64,000 nucleotides of DNA from Mobula birostris (taxonomy: Eukaryota), in the NCBI RefSeq assembly GCF_030028105.1, contig NC_092370.1, positions 96,864,969-96,928,968 of the forward strand. The letters run 5' to 3'. Under the pieces are notes generated by a model. The model was not told where the DNA came from, did not search any database, and saw only the letters and a list, made by a program, of their open reading frames with translations. Below, piece by piece: positions 21,545-34,234 of this stretch (the first letter of the stretch is position 1; every line of letters starts with the position of its first letter). The position numbers were made by a program, and so were the translations under genes.

Positions 21545-22630
21545 CAACCATCTTTAACAGCCTCATCAATGACCTTCCTTCCATCGAGAAAAGGTTGGAT
21601 AGATTTTTGCATAGTAGGGGAATTAAGGGTTATGGGGAAAGGCAGGTAGGTGGAGATGAGGGTATCGTCAGATCAGCCATGATCTTATTGAATGGTGGAG
21701 CAGCCTTGATGAGCCAGATGGCCTACTCCTGCTCCTGTTTCTTATGTTCTTATGTTATCAAGAAATTGGACATTTATTGTTGAATGCACAATGATCAATC
21801 ATTTCACAGATTTTCGAGCAAATCAACCGACCCATGTCCAGTTTATAGCAGGATTTGTCAAAAATTCAGTCAAGGGCTAAAGTAACATTCATGCCATCCA
21901 AGAGGCAGGGAATGATTTTCTCCAACAATAGTTCCATTCACCTACCCTTAACATCTAAGGCATTACCATCTGAGTCCATTACCATCAACACTATGGAGTC
22001 TTGACTAACAAAAACCTCAAGTGGCCAGCAAATATAAACACTGTGCTACAAGATACCTTAGCAGCCAGGTATTCTGTAATGTGCATCTCCTAATACCTAA
22101 TTCCTTCCCATCACCATCCAGGTAGAGGTCAGGATAATGATACAATATTCAATATTATACTGGATGAATGCAGCTCCAACATTACTCAACACATTCTGAA
22201 CAACACAACCAATTTAAGTGGCATTCACTATCCAGAATGTTCATTCCCTATACCACAAGTGCACAGTGGCTGTAATCTGTGTCATCTGCAGTTGCATCAT
22301 TTGGGTCAGAGTTGCCTAACTGTGTATGACTATTACTCATCCAAGTGACTCTGAATACTCCTCCCAAATCAATAACAGGGGTATTAGGAGGCATTAAAGA
22401 ACAGAATCAGCAGCCCCCCCCCCCTTCAAGTCACACACCATTCTGATTTGAAAATATATTGCTGGCCCAACATTACTGCCAGGTGTAAATCTTGGAATTC
22501 CTTTCCTCGGAGCACAGATGCAACACCGGTACGTGAAGGATAACGACAGCTCAAGGTGGCAGCTCAGTACCACCTTCCAAAGCTGATTAGCAATGGACAG
22601 TAAACCTTGCAGAGATGCCCAAATCTTAAA
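21545..22630 (+). mobile_element. Old CR1-group LINE RT/3' remnant with a nested CR1 tail (about 21586-21757)
   Basis: 'TIFNSLINDLPSI' RT motif, decayed downstream ORF, and tail GCTCAAGGTGGCAGCTCAGTACCACCTTC...GATGCCCAAATC. Confidence 0.55.
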
Positions 22631-24091
22631 AACATGAACAAAGACAAACAAGGTAGGGGAACAATGGCAGATTTTCTTTCATAATGACATCAGCGGTAGT
22701 TCTTTTCTGACAATCTGATGGTTTCATGGATAAATATAAATCATATTAGTTTTTGTCATATTTCCTTAATTACTTAAGCATATATTCTCCAGGTGGGAAT
22801 GGATATACTTGAACACCCTCCAGACACAACCATTATACCATCCGGGTGTCACGCTTATCTCAATCCACTGTTTCTCGTTGGAAATCACACATGTTAATAG
22901 CAAGAACAGACTGAATTAGGTTCAGCTGTGGAGTAGCTCCTGGCTATATTTACCACCAGCCTCAAGCAAGAACTTTAAAGTGTTCAGTTGTAGCACAAGA
23001 AATAACCAATGCTCTCAGAATTCCGTATCATGTAAATCAGTGCCTGCACCAAAGCATGGGGGAAAAATGGGAAGGAAAAAGTGAAAGCTACTGTGTACTA
23101 ATGCCTAGTGTCTTAGAAAAATGCTTACAGTGTTCCTAAATAATTAATGGCTTGTACAAAGTCAGAAAGCCAGGAGACAGAAAAGTACACAATTTTAACT
23201 TCTGTACTCAATACAAGCAAGAACAATGGAAATATAACTGCCTTTCCCAAAAGATCCCTTCTGGAAACACCATAGGGCTATTAAAACAAAAGCATCATGC
23301 CATCTTGAAAGTTTCTTCCCACCAGCAGTTATCAACCACTCTCATTCCCCACATTTCTTCCAAGTAGTCTCCCATTACTGCACTGTAGGCACTTTAAGCC
23401 AGTTTTTATAATTCTGTTTACATTGTAAATAAATGCTGGTATTTATGTATTTATGCACATTTTATCTACATTTTAACTTCTAACTTCATTTTTGTACAGT
23501 TTTTAATCTTTATAATTATTGGATGTTAATTTTTGGCGCACGTCACACCCTAACCAACACAACAAATTCCTATGCATGTAAATAAATGTATATGGTGAAT
23601 AAAATTGTTACATGATCCTTGAAAGATGAGTTATAAAGGATCTGCATTCAATGCTTTAAGCCATCACAGTACTCACATAGAACTGTAAAACCATAATATC
23701 GAGATGCTAAAAGTTTAGCGTGAATTGAAACAAGCCAAAAGCTGTATGTAACATGCTTGTAAGGGGAAGTGGAAATTGCACTGAAGCAGGAGGCAAAGTC
23801 ACATTGATCAGGTTTAACAGGGATATTTTGATCCACTAGATCAGGTTTCTTTTAGCTTGGGATATTAAATCAGTGAGTGTTACATTTTTAAACCAAATAT
23901 CTGATCACAGATAACCAAAAAAATTGCTAAAGGAAAAATAAAATTGATCTGCCCATTACATCATTTATCAAGAGTAAGCCACGTTCTGAAAATATAATTC
24001 TCCTTGCATCTGTAGTCTCACGTGTCTGTTCATCTCTTCTGTTCCCTGTGACCCAGTCAGTCTTTTTAATTGAAGCAGTGACTCCAGTGCA

Positions 24092-24180
24092 GTGTACTGC
24101 AATCGTTGTTCACAATATGATCTCCTCTACATTGGAGAAACCAAACATACATTGGGTGATTGTTTTTCAGAACATCTATT
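24092..24180 (+). mobile_element. Isolated Penelope GIY-YIG fragment
   Basis: Translates as VYCNRCSQYDLLYIGETKHTLGDCFSEHL. Confidence 0.75.
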
Positions 24181-24506
24181 TGCTATCAACATCTTGGGGA
24201 TTCACTATTGACCGAAAATTCCTCTTACTACTAGTACTATCATGAACACCACCACCACCACAACATTGTACTTTTCTCATGCAGAGGGCAATGTCTCCTG
24301 GCATTACAACACAGCAGCAAAAGGAATAGCGAAATAAACATAACAATTTGTAAGAGTAAGCAGTGCAGTTCTACGGCACTGTGATTGCAAACTATCTCTG
24401 CAAATCAGTGATCTGCAGAAGTAAACATTCAGAAGTTTAATCACTTATTAATGATTGATAAAAGATATTTACACACATATTTCTTATTTTTCTCTTCACC
24501 CAAATA

Positions 24507-25322
24507 CAGTGTTCAGCCCCTAACTGTCTGATCACATAAATGAGTATTACAACTAGGGATTTTGATAGTTTAACTGAGAATTTTCATTGGTAAATCACAT
24601 GCATCTTTTTTCCCCTCATAGTAGGTCCCAAAAAAAAACAGGGAAAAATTGTAAGCATGAAAGACTATAAATCAAAAAACTGAAATGTTAGCAGTTCAAA
24701 AGTATTCTTCTCCCTTTACTCAGTACTTAGTTGCATCACCTTTTGCAACTATTACAGCCAGCGGTCTTTTTGGATAAGTCTCTATTATCTTTGCACAACA
24801 TGATGGAGCAAGATTTGCCCATTCCTCCTTGCAAAATTGCTTAAACTGTGCCATGTTAGTTGGGGGAACAGCAGTGGACAGCTTCGAGGTATGTTTTGTG
24901 CCTTTGAAATGGTCATGTGCCCTTCCCCAGATTCATGCTTTTCTATTATCATTTCTATGACTTGTCTTGAATGCATTTTTGTCTTACTTTTGGTTTGGTG
25001 CGTTGAAAATTTACCATACCTTACAGAGATTCAAGTAATCCTCCAATTTTCTACATCAACAAATTGCATGAGTTGGTTAGGTAATATACAGTATTGCACC
25101 TGAGGAAAGTTAGCATACTAATTATAAAGGGGGTGAATACTTTCTCAGCCTCACAATTTTGGTTTTTGACTTTTAGTAAATTGTTGTCAGGTTTTGTCAT
25201 TTTACTTTTGAAATACACAGTTTTTAGATTAGCTCAAAAAATTAAGTATAATTTAAATTTAGAAAATGAGACAGTAAAATGTGAAAATAGTTGTGGGGGC
25301 CGAGTACTTCTTCAAAGCACTG
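24507..25322 (-). mobile_element. Tc1-family internally deleted DNA transposon
   Basis: TA|CAGTG...CACTG|TA ends; paired-like N-terminus 'HSRQVIEMIIEKHESGEGHMTISKAQNIPRS' (24785-24976). Confidence 0.8.
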
Positions 25323-26169
25323 TACACTCTAATCAGTTCGGATCCAGGTATGAACGGAGGCCTCAGGTTTCCTGTCACACGCGCACGCACGCACACACTT
25401 ACACACCCATCAAAAATAAGGAACAAATAATTTAAAACTGCATTTGATATTGTCATCAGATGAGATGTTTGCACAGTATTAATGTTGCTAAAACAAAGCA
25501 GCTAGGGGCAATCATCTCAACAGAAATAAACAGCCAGTAAGATAGAATTTATGTTGATATTCTAATTACATGGATAAAATGGAAAGATCAGTGCTTGTTA
25601 CCCTGTTCATGTCTTTCCTTTGCAATGAAGATAAATTCAAGGCACATTACAATCTTAACTTCAGTGGCAACCATTTTACAAAAGCCAACATTTATATTTT
25701 GTCCTTGCTTCTGGCATTATGATTTCTGATTTCTATTTGTCTTTGTTGTTTTTTTTGTGAACATAAAAGAATTGAAAAAAATCGGATTGCCACAGCTACA
25801 ATTGCACGATTTTGTTGAGTGCAGATTCCACATGCTTTTCAATTGCTTTTGAATAGATATCTTCCACTATTTCCATATCATTAGTTACATTATGCTTCAT
25901 ATCTATTCGTACAATAGAAGCATTTCACAATGCATCTAACCTCATTTACAACACCCCCACTCAATGCTGCATATAGTTTCCTGCTTTGAGTATATATTTT
26001 CTTGCCTTTCAGTGAACTTCAAGCAGTAATACATTTGATCATCAGTCTGACACTGAGAGACACACAATCCTAAAACTATTATTGCAAGCTTCATTTTGCC
26101 TTTGTGATGTTACTTGCATCTGGGGTGGTGTTGAGGAAATAATCAGGCATTAAAAACAAATAGAGAATA

Positions 26170-26688
26170 CAGGTTTCCCCCGCTACCCGAAGGTAGAACG
26201 CTCCTATGAAACCGTTCGTAAGCTGAAATAGCATTAAGCGAAGAAGCAATTACCATTAATTTATATGGGCAAAACTTTTGAGCGTTCCCATATTCAAAAG
26301 ATAACCTACCAAATCATACCAAATAGCACATAAAACCTAAAATAACACTAACATATAGTAAAAGCAGGAATGATATGATAAATACACAGCCTATATAAAG
26401 TAGAAATAACATATGTACAGTGTAGTTCCACTTAACAGAATTGGGAAGACTTAGCCAAAACCAATTTGTAGAAAAAAAAATTGGCACGTACACGCATGCG
26501 CAGACACCTGCCCACACAGGGCTTCACGGTCATGGTAGTCTTTCTCGGGGTAAACACAAGTTTACAGCTGGCGTCTTTTTTCGTAAAAACGAAAATCCTC
26601 CTTCGGTTATCGAAAACAGGTACTAATGTAGGTCTTTCATAAAAGCGAAGTGGCGTAAAGCAAACATTTGTAAAGCGGGGGACACCTG
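26170..26688 (-). mobile_element. Tigger-family MITE (519 bp), same family as 13339-16960, opposite orientation
   Basis: TA|CAGGTTTCCCCCGCT...GCGGGGGACACCTG|TA; both ends align to the two ends of the 13339-16960 element. Confidence 0.9.
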
Positions 26689-27019
26689 TATTACAAACCA
26701 GGCTTTTATTCTCAGGACATAAATTGATCTTTTCTCTTTCAGGTACCAGTGCATTCACAATGCGTGCATTGTTGGCAAGTAAGAGGAAAGCAAAGGAATT
26801 ACAAAACTGCGGTGTGTGGCCTCTTCTCACTTGGGTTTTGTAGCTATCTGAACAGCCGAAGTATACCTGGATTCAGATGGACTGGAAGTAACACCAAATC
26901 GACTTGAAAGAGTTATTGCAACATCCAGTGAAGGCCCAGAATTCACTCTGCAGCTACCAGCATCTATTCTGAAACTGACCATTTCATTCATTAACATCAA
27001 AGAGTACTTTCAATCCAAT

Positions 27020-28475
27020 AAATCCCATTTCTGACACCTCCCTCCCTGTTCTCGATCTCTCTGGCTCCATGACTGGAGACAAACTGCCGAGTGACACCCT
27101 TTTATAAACTTACCAATTCCCAGAGTTATCTTGACTATACCTATTCCCACCATGTCTCCTGTAGAAATGAAATTCCCTTTTCTCAGGTCCTTTGATTCCA
27201 CCTCATCTGTTCCCAGGATACAGCTTTTCTTTCCAGGTGCCCCCTGTCTTCAAAGAATGGGGGTTTCCTTCCTCCACCATTGATGCAGCGCTTACCCGCA
27301 TCTCCTCCATTTCTCAAATAACCGCACTCACTCCATCTTCCCACCGCCTCAACAGTGAGAGTTCCTCTCGTCCTTAACTACCATCCCATGAGCTTTTGCA
27401 TCCAACACACCATTCTCTGCAACTTCTGTGCTCCCTAAATTTACCCCCCCCTCACCCCACCATCTCCGCTTTCCACAGAGATCACTGCTTCCATGATTTC
27501 TTTGTCCATTTGTCCCTCCCAGCACGTATCCCTGCAAGCAGCTTGAATGCTATTCACCTCCTCCCTCACCTCATTCAGGGCTCCAAATAGTCCTTCCAGG
27601 TGAGACAATGTGAATTTGCTGGGGTTGTCTATTGTGCCCGGTGCTCCCAATGCAGCCTCCTCTACATTGGTGAGATCCACCGTAAACTGGTGGCCAAATA
27701 CTTTAATTCCCATTCCAACATGTCAATCCATTGCCTCCTCTTGTGCCACGCCGAGGCTACCCTCAAGGTAGAGGAGCAATGCCTCACATTGCATCGGGGT
27801 AGCCTCCAACCTGACCGTATGAATAAAAATATTTCCTTCCCGTTCAAAAAAATCCCTCCCCTTGGTGTCCCTCTTCCTCTATTCCCCACTCTGGGCTCTT
27901 ATCTCTTCTCACCTGCCTATCGCCTCCCCCTCCCCTCTTCCTCTATTCCCCACTCTGGCCTCTTAGCTCTTCTCACCTGCATATCACCTCCCCCTCCCCT
28001 CTTCCTCAATTCCCCACTCTGGCCTCTTATCTCTTCTCACCTTCATATCGCCTCCCCCTCCCCTCTTCCTCTATTCCCCACTCTGGCCTCTTATCTCTTC
28101 TCACCTGCATATCACCTCCCCATCCCCTCTTCCTCTATTCCCCACTCTGGCCTCTTATCTCTTCTGACCTGCATAACACCTCCCCCTCCCCTCTTCCTCT
28201 ATTCCCCACTCTGGCCTCCCCTTGCTGTCCCTCTTCCTGCCCTTTCCCCTTTGGTGCATTTTCCTCTCCAACCATTTAACTTTCCCATCCATCTGGCTTC
28301 ACCAGTCACAATCTAGCTATTTTCCTTTCCCATCTCCTATTTTTTTTATTCTGGTGTTTTCCTTCATTATTTCCAGTCCGGAAGAAGAGCCTCGGCCCAA
28401 AACATTAACTATTCATTCATTTCCATTGATGCTGACTGACCTGCTGAGTTCCTCCAGCATTTGTGTGAGTTTCAA
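27020..28475 (+). mobile_element. Decayed Penelope-like element (RT C-terminus, GIY-YIG, terminus)
   Basis: 'FKEWGFPSSTIDAALTRISSIS', 'GVVYCARCSQCSLLYIGE', and a degenerate hammerhead at about 28375-28410. Confidence 0.8.
27868..28218 (+). repeat. Tandem repeat, ~64-bp pyrimidine-rich unit, ~5.5 copies
   Basis: Unit TCCCCTCTTCCTCTATTCCCCACTCTGGCCTCTTATCTCTTCTCACCTGCATATCACCTCCCCC starting at about 27868, 27931, 27995, 28059, 28123 and 28187. Confidence 0.9.
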
Positions 28476-28929
28476 TCCAATAGTTTGGATTCTATTTTTC
28501 ACCTTTCAATTAAGCTGCGCAGGTCTCACCATTGAATATCAGTTAACTCTGTCTAGAAGCTTGGGTACAAGGTCTTGTTCCTTTAAAATATTGGAAGAAT
28601 ATTTTGGTATGATACATACTACCTTTCAATGAAGCATACCACACAGAATTCCCAAGGAGATGAACATAAAACCATCACATACCACTGCTCAGGAGGCAAT
28701 ATCTCTAAAGTAAAGGTAATTTAGTGCAATGCTGCGTGTTAGTGCTTGCTGTGATTAAATTGACTACCACGTTTCCCACTTCACTACAACAGTATCCACA
28801 TTTCAAATATCATTCAATTCACTGTAAATGCCTAAAACATTTTGCAATCATAGAGCCACACTATAATCATAATTCGATCTTGGCTTCCCACAGGTATGAC
28901 TGTAACACAAATACATTCCAGGGAAGTTC

Positions 28930-29250
28930 GACAATGGGTTGTAGCCTAAATAACCTGTTCCTCGAAGTCAACAAGACAAAAGGGATGGTCAGCGACTTCA
29001 GAAGAACTCCCACCCTTCTTTATATCGGTGCAAAGCACTGTAACAGCCATCCTCGTCCCTCTTTGCCATCCATCCACCTTCTCCCTCACCTGGTTTTACC
29101 TACCACCATTCCCCTCCCCACCCACCTTCTTATTCTGGTTTCTACTCCTTTCCTTTGCAGTCCTGATAAAGGATTGCAGCCCAACGGACTGAATGTTTAT
29201 TCCCCTCTGCTGCCTGACTTACTGAGTTCCTCCTGCATTTTATGTGTCAC
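28930..29250 (+). mobile_element. Rex1 RT fragment followed by a Penelope-like terminus fragment
   Basis: 'NNLFLEVNKTKGMVSDFRR', then AGTCCTGATAAAGG...CTGCTGCCTGACTTACTGAGTTCC. Confidence 0.6.
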
Positions 29251-29939
29251 TATCATCTTGTCAAGAACAATTAAGCATAGACAATAGGTGCTGGCTTTGT
29301 TACCAACGCCCACATCTTGCAAAGTGAAGCTTACTAACAACTCAAGTATGAACAATCTTGCTCAAGAGATAAACTGAATGGAAATTTAGATAACTTAATT
29401 TCCCTGTTTTCAAAAAAGACAAGCTCTATACAAAGTTCCATGACTTATTAGCAACTCTATGTTAAAGGTCAATGTTTAAGAAAGATAACATACTATTGCT
29501 GTTCTATCTCCAAAGAGAATGCTTCCAATATATATAATTGCCGAGATCCATGTCCAAGAGCAACCTTACTGATCACAGTCCTTACAACTACGCACAGAGG
29601 AATGCAAGCATGATTCAGGTAACATTTCCTAACTCTGGAGTCACAAATCTCTTCTGAATACATTTCATTGCTGCCTTCAGAGACAAGCTTAAATGTGATA
29701 ACTACAAAATGATGATGAGGAAATTGGTTGTGGTTCATTTTCGCGAGTTCTCAGAGCAATATAGCTCTTTCATTCAGCAGAACCAAAGATAACTTCAAAG
29801 TTCATTTAGCCTACTGCAGTATGCATATTACACTTATCGACATAACTAGAGGTGTTACATTTCAATAAGTCACGCTTTCACTTGGCCTGTGCTATGCATG
29901 CTTAAGTCACTTACTAACTTGAAGTAGTCAAGAGATACA

Positions 29940-30965
29940 AACCATAAGACATAGGAGCAGAATTAAGCCATTTGATCCATCAAGTCACCTCTGCCAAACG
30001 ATCATAGCTGAGTTATCTTCCCTCTCAACTGCATTCTTCTACCTTCACCGCATAACCTTTGATGCTCTTACAAACCAAGAACCTATCAGCCTCTGCCATA
30101 AGATACCCAATGATGTGGCTTCCTCAGCCATCCACGTCAATTAATTAAACATATTTACCCTGTGGCTTAAGAGGGTGATCATGTGACCCATTGACTAAGA
30201 TTCAATGTAAAATTAGAAAATACTGGGAATACTAGTCATGAACAAAGCAGCAACAGGTCACTGATGTCAACTACCATTGTGGTGAATAGTCAATGAGACC
30301 CAAAGGACTGAATGGTTTAATCCTGCTCCTAATTTCTGTGTTTCCATATTTACTCAACAGGTTGGGCAGCATTATTGGTCGGTAAAAGAGAATTTACATT
30401 TCAGGTCAGAAACCTTAACATCAAACATAGAACAGTAAAGCACAGAAACAGGACCTTCAGCTGACAATGTCTGTGCCCCTCGTGATGCCAAATTAACCAA
30501 TCACATCTGTCTGCATGCGGTGTACATTCCGCCATTCCCTGTCTGTTCATCCACCTACATGACACTTAAATATTACTATTGTTTCTGCTTCTACCACTTT
30601 CCCCGTCAGTGTATCCAGGCTCCTTTGTGTAAAATATTTGCCTTATAAATCTCCTTTAAACTTTCCCCCTCTCTTTAAAGCTATGCCCACTAGTAATTGA
30701 CATTCCCACCTTCCAATAAAGACTTTCAACCTTATCTATACTTCACACAAACTTTATGTATTTCTATCCAAGTTGCCTCTGACATTCCAGCGAAAACAAT
30801 CCAAGTTTCTCCCACCTCTCCTTATTGTTAATACTCTCTAATCCAGGCAATATCTAGGTGAACCTCTTCTGCACCTTCTACAAAGCCTCCAAATCCTTCT
30901 TATAATGCAGTGAACAGAAATAAATACAATACTCTAAATGTGATCTAAGCAAAGTTTTGTACACC
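29940..30965 (-). mobile_element. CR1-type 3' fragments (about 29940-30175 and 30425-30965)
   Basis: ACCATAAGACATAGGAGCAGAATTAAGCC and ACATAGAACAGTAAAGCACAGAAACAGG tails. Confidence 0.65.
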
Positions 30966-32368
30966 TTTTGCCAGAAATATTAAAAAATAGGAAATCAAAT
31001 ATGTTTAAGGTTGCAGGAAAGGAGAAGGTTATACAGGACAAAAGGTGTGTCTGTAATTGGGTGGAGGCTGAAAGTCTAAATGGTTACAATTGTGAGAACG
31101 TAATGAGGACTTGTTCACAACATATGGGAATGAAGAATTAAATAGAAGAAAATAACACAATGCATTTCTCAGTGTTATTTTAATTGCTCCCATTAAACCA
31201 AATGGTCTTGAATATTCCCTCTATTCTACCCATTTTTTCTCACTGTCTCTGCTGCTGAAATGAAAAGTTTATTTGTTTTTTCTTAAGTTCTGACAAAAGG
31301 CCTTAGAACTTCAAATGTTAAATCTATCTCTTTTCAAAGATGCTTGCTGAGCTCCTGAGTTCAGAAATTTTGTTTTTTTTTAGTTCAGGTTTTCAGAATC
31401 TACCGTTTTTTTTCCTTAAATTTCATTAACCTGCATCTTCTTTGGTCACAGAATTTCAGGATAGGTCATTAAAGGTGAGCTGCTAGTGTCCTGTCTATTT
31501 TGCATTAGAATAAACATCCCATTGATATTTTTTGATCTATAAATCAATTTGTTTAAAGTAGTTAAGAAACTAGAATGTGAAAATCAATAGCCTTCAAGAA
31601 TTATGTTACCCCAAAATTGTATTCATATATGGAAACCAACAAATAATGTTTTTCTATTCAGCAACTGCATATCTTAACACTTAAAATCGTTACCCTTGCA
31701 AGGATTTTTCTTTCTGAACTATTTTGTAAGCTGTAAACTCACCTAATTCATGCAGATGAAGCATCTGTTTTTTTCCCCCCTGTTATATATCTGTCCAAGA
31801 ACAATGCGTTGTCATTAAAAATTCATATCAGCGCAGAGAGGGTATAAGAGGATACTACAGAAGAAACCTTCTCTCAGTGGTTTTAGCAGCGAGTTTAGTA
31901 TTGAATATTCTGTTATCCAAGAGAACTTACAGGCCAGTTAAGTCTTTATATTTGCTCCAATTTAAGCGTTCCAAAAAAATGAAAGCAAAAAGGTTCTTGC
32001 ACTCAGATTTTCTGAATGAGTCTGTCTGAAGTAACTTCAAAGCCAATTAAATGACAATTGCATAACTGTCATTTCACAAAATACTAATTACAACTGTTAT
32101 GCAGCAACTTGTGCATTTCTTCCTCTGTTTCCAAGCACTGATATAGTAAGAGCTACTTGACATTTCTGAGTAGAGTTTTAAATTGAGAGGCTGACACTTA
32201 CTGCATAATGCAATAAAATTGTTTGTTATGCTCTGTTTCTGAAACTTGGTTCGATTAACTTACTGTAACTGAATTTTAGGAAAGTAGTCACCGATGTATT
32301 GCATGTTCAGTGCTGGCACACTATTTCTTCAGTGTGGAAGTTGAAAACCCTGATGCAATCATGAATAA

Positions 32369-33460
32369 GACCATAAGATATAGGAGCAGAATTAGGCCAT
32401 TTGGGCCATCGATTCTGCTCCGTCATTTCATCATGGCTGATCCAATTGGCCTCCCAGCCTCATTCTCCCTGTATACCTTCATGCCCTGACCAGTCAAGAA
32501 TATATTGACCTCTGCCTTAAATATACATAAAGGATTGGCCTCCACAGCAGCCTGTGGCAAAAAATTCCATAGAATCACCACTCTCTGGCAAAAGAAATTC
32601 CTCCTCATCTCAGTTCTAAAAAGGCACCACTCTACTCTGAGGTTGTGTCCTCTGGTCTTAGACTCTCCCATCACAGGAAATATCCTCGCCACATCCACTC
32701 CATCACAACCTTTCACCAATCAATAGGTTTCAATTAGGTCACCCCTCATTCTTCTGAATTCTAGTGAATACAAACCCATGGCCATCAAATGCTCTTCTTA
32801 TGATAATCCATTCAATCCTGGAATCATTTTCTTGAACCTCTTTAGAACCTCCCTAGTTTCAGCACATCTTTTCCAGAATAAGGGGCCCAAAACTACTCAT
32901 AATACTCACCTGTGCTTTATAAAGTCTCAGCATTACTTTCCTTGCTTTTGTATTCTAGTCCTCTTGAAATGAATTCTAATATTGCACTTGCCTTCCTCAC
33001 CACAGACTCAACCTGCAAATGAACCTTTAAGGAATCCTACACAAGGACTCCCAAGCCCCTTTGCACCTCAGACTTTTGAATATTCTCTCCATTTACGAAA
33101 CAGTCAACCCTTTCATTTCTTCTACCAAAGTGTATTACCATACACTTCTCAACATTGTATTCCATCTGTCACATACTCCACCATTCTCCTAATCTGTCAA
33201 AGTCCTTCTGGAGCCTCTCTCCTTCCTCAAAACTGCCTACCCCTCCAAGCAACACACACAAAATGCTGGAAGAACATAGCAAGGCAGGCCAGGCAGGACT
33301 GGAAAAAAATGATGAAGGGTATCGACCTGAAACTTTAACTGTACACTTTTCCATAGATGCAGCCTAGCCTGCTGAGTTCCTCCAGCATTTTGTGTGTGTT
33401 ACTTAGATTTCTAGCATGTGTAGATTTTCTCTTGCTTGTGACTGACCTACCCTCCATACT
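32369..33460 (-). mobile_element. CR1-type LINE 3' part
   Basis: ORF 32423-32719 'KTRGHNLRV...EMRRNFFCQRVV..WNFLP'; same family as 2911-4580. Confidence 0.85.
33248..33440. mobile_element. Fold-back Penelope-derived mini-element
   Basis: Arms AGCAACACACACAAAATGCTGGA / TCCAGCATTTTGTGTGTGTTACT; central TGATGAAGGGTATCGACCTGAAAC; imperfect ~16-bp TSD at 33232-33247 and 33441-33456. Confidence 0.7.
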
Positions 33461-33644
33461 TCGGCAGTAAGGTGAAATGAGAGATTTAAAGAACTTTAAG
33501 CCCACCCTTTTCATTCAATTATATGTTTAGCAGATTTGGGTATAACTGTTTGACTTAACTTTACACCACAGTTTTTAACCACACAAGCTCCAACTTATCT
33601 AAAATACCAAAATCGAAGTTGTAATTATTCTACCAAAGCAATTT

Positions 33645-33940
33645 GATAACTTCATTCGCCCCATCACTGAACTGTTCCCACAACCGATGGACTCACTTTC
33701 AAGGACGCTTCATCCCATGTTTTTGATAGTTATTGATTATTTATTTATTTGTTATTACTATTTCTTTTTTCTTATATTTTCTTTTTCATTTGTAAACTTT
33801 GTTGTCTTTTGCACACTGGTTGTCCGTCTTGTTGAGTGTGCTCGTTCATTGATTCCATTGTTGTAATTGGATTTACTGATGCCCGCAAGAAACAAATTTC
33901 AGGGCTATATATGGTGACACATGTGTACTTTGATAATCCA
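33645..33940 (+). mobile_element. Rex1/Babar 3' UTR
   Basis: Homologous to 260-572. Confidence 0.7.
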
Positions 33941-34234
33941 CTTTCTCACTCCTTCAAAGGGTAAATAACTGTGCAATTGCACCCTCCATTTCTTTCTTCT
34001 GCGCTCATACGGTATAAATTTCCGTCTGATTGAAATGCTGTGCTAATTGTTAATGTAAGCGTTCCTTAACTAAAGTTTGTTATAATAAACATGCTTTGAG
34101 AGAAGAAGTCACAGAAAATTCAAACTAGCATTTTGAGATTTGTGGATCATATCTCTGAAAGACCACATTATTCATGTAGACTATCAAGTAATATAGGGTT
34201 ACAGGTTGAACAAATTTGGTGTAGTAGTTTGACA

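Noticed and set aside
27868-28218. Repeat array as a CRISPR-like locus
   Set aside because: Head-to-tail units with no unique spacers, eukaryotic context, and no cas genes.
27600-28316. 238-aa Pro/Leu/Ser-rich ORF
   Set aside because: Decayed GIY-YIG running into a stop-poor pyrimidine tandem repeat.
29493-29738. Minus-strand 81-aa ORF near a GTATGT donor-like site
   Set aside because: The reading frame stops at the putative donor, the other frames contain stops, and no homology is recognised.
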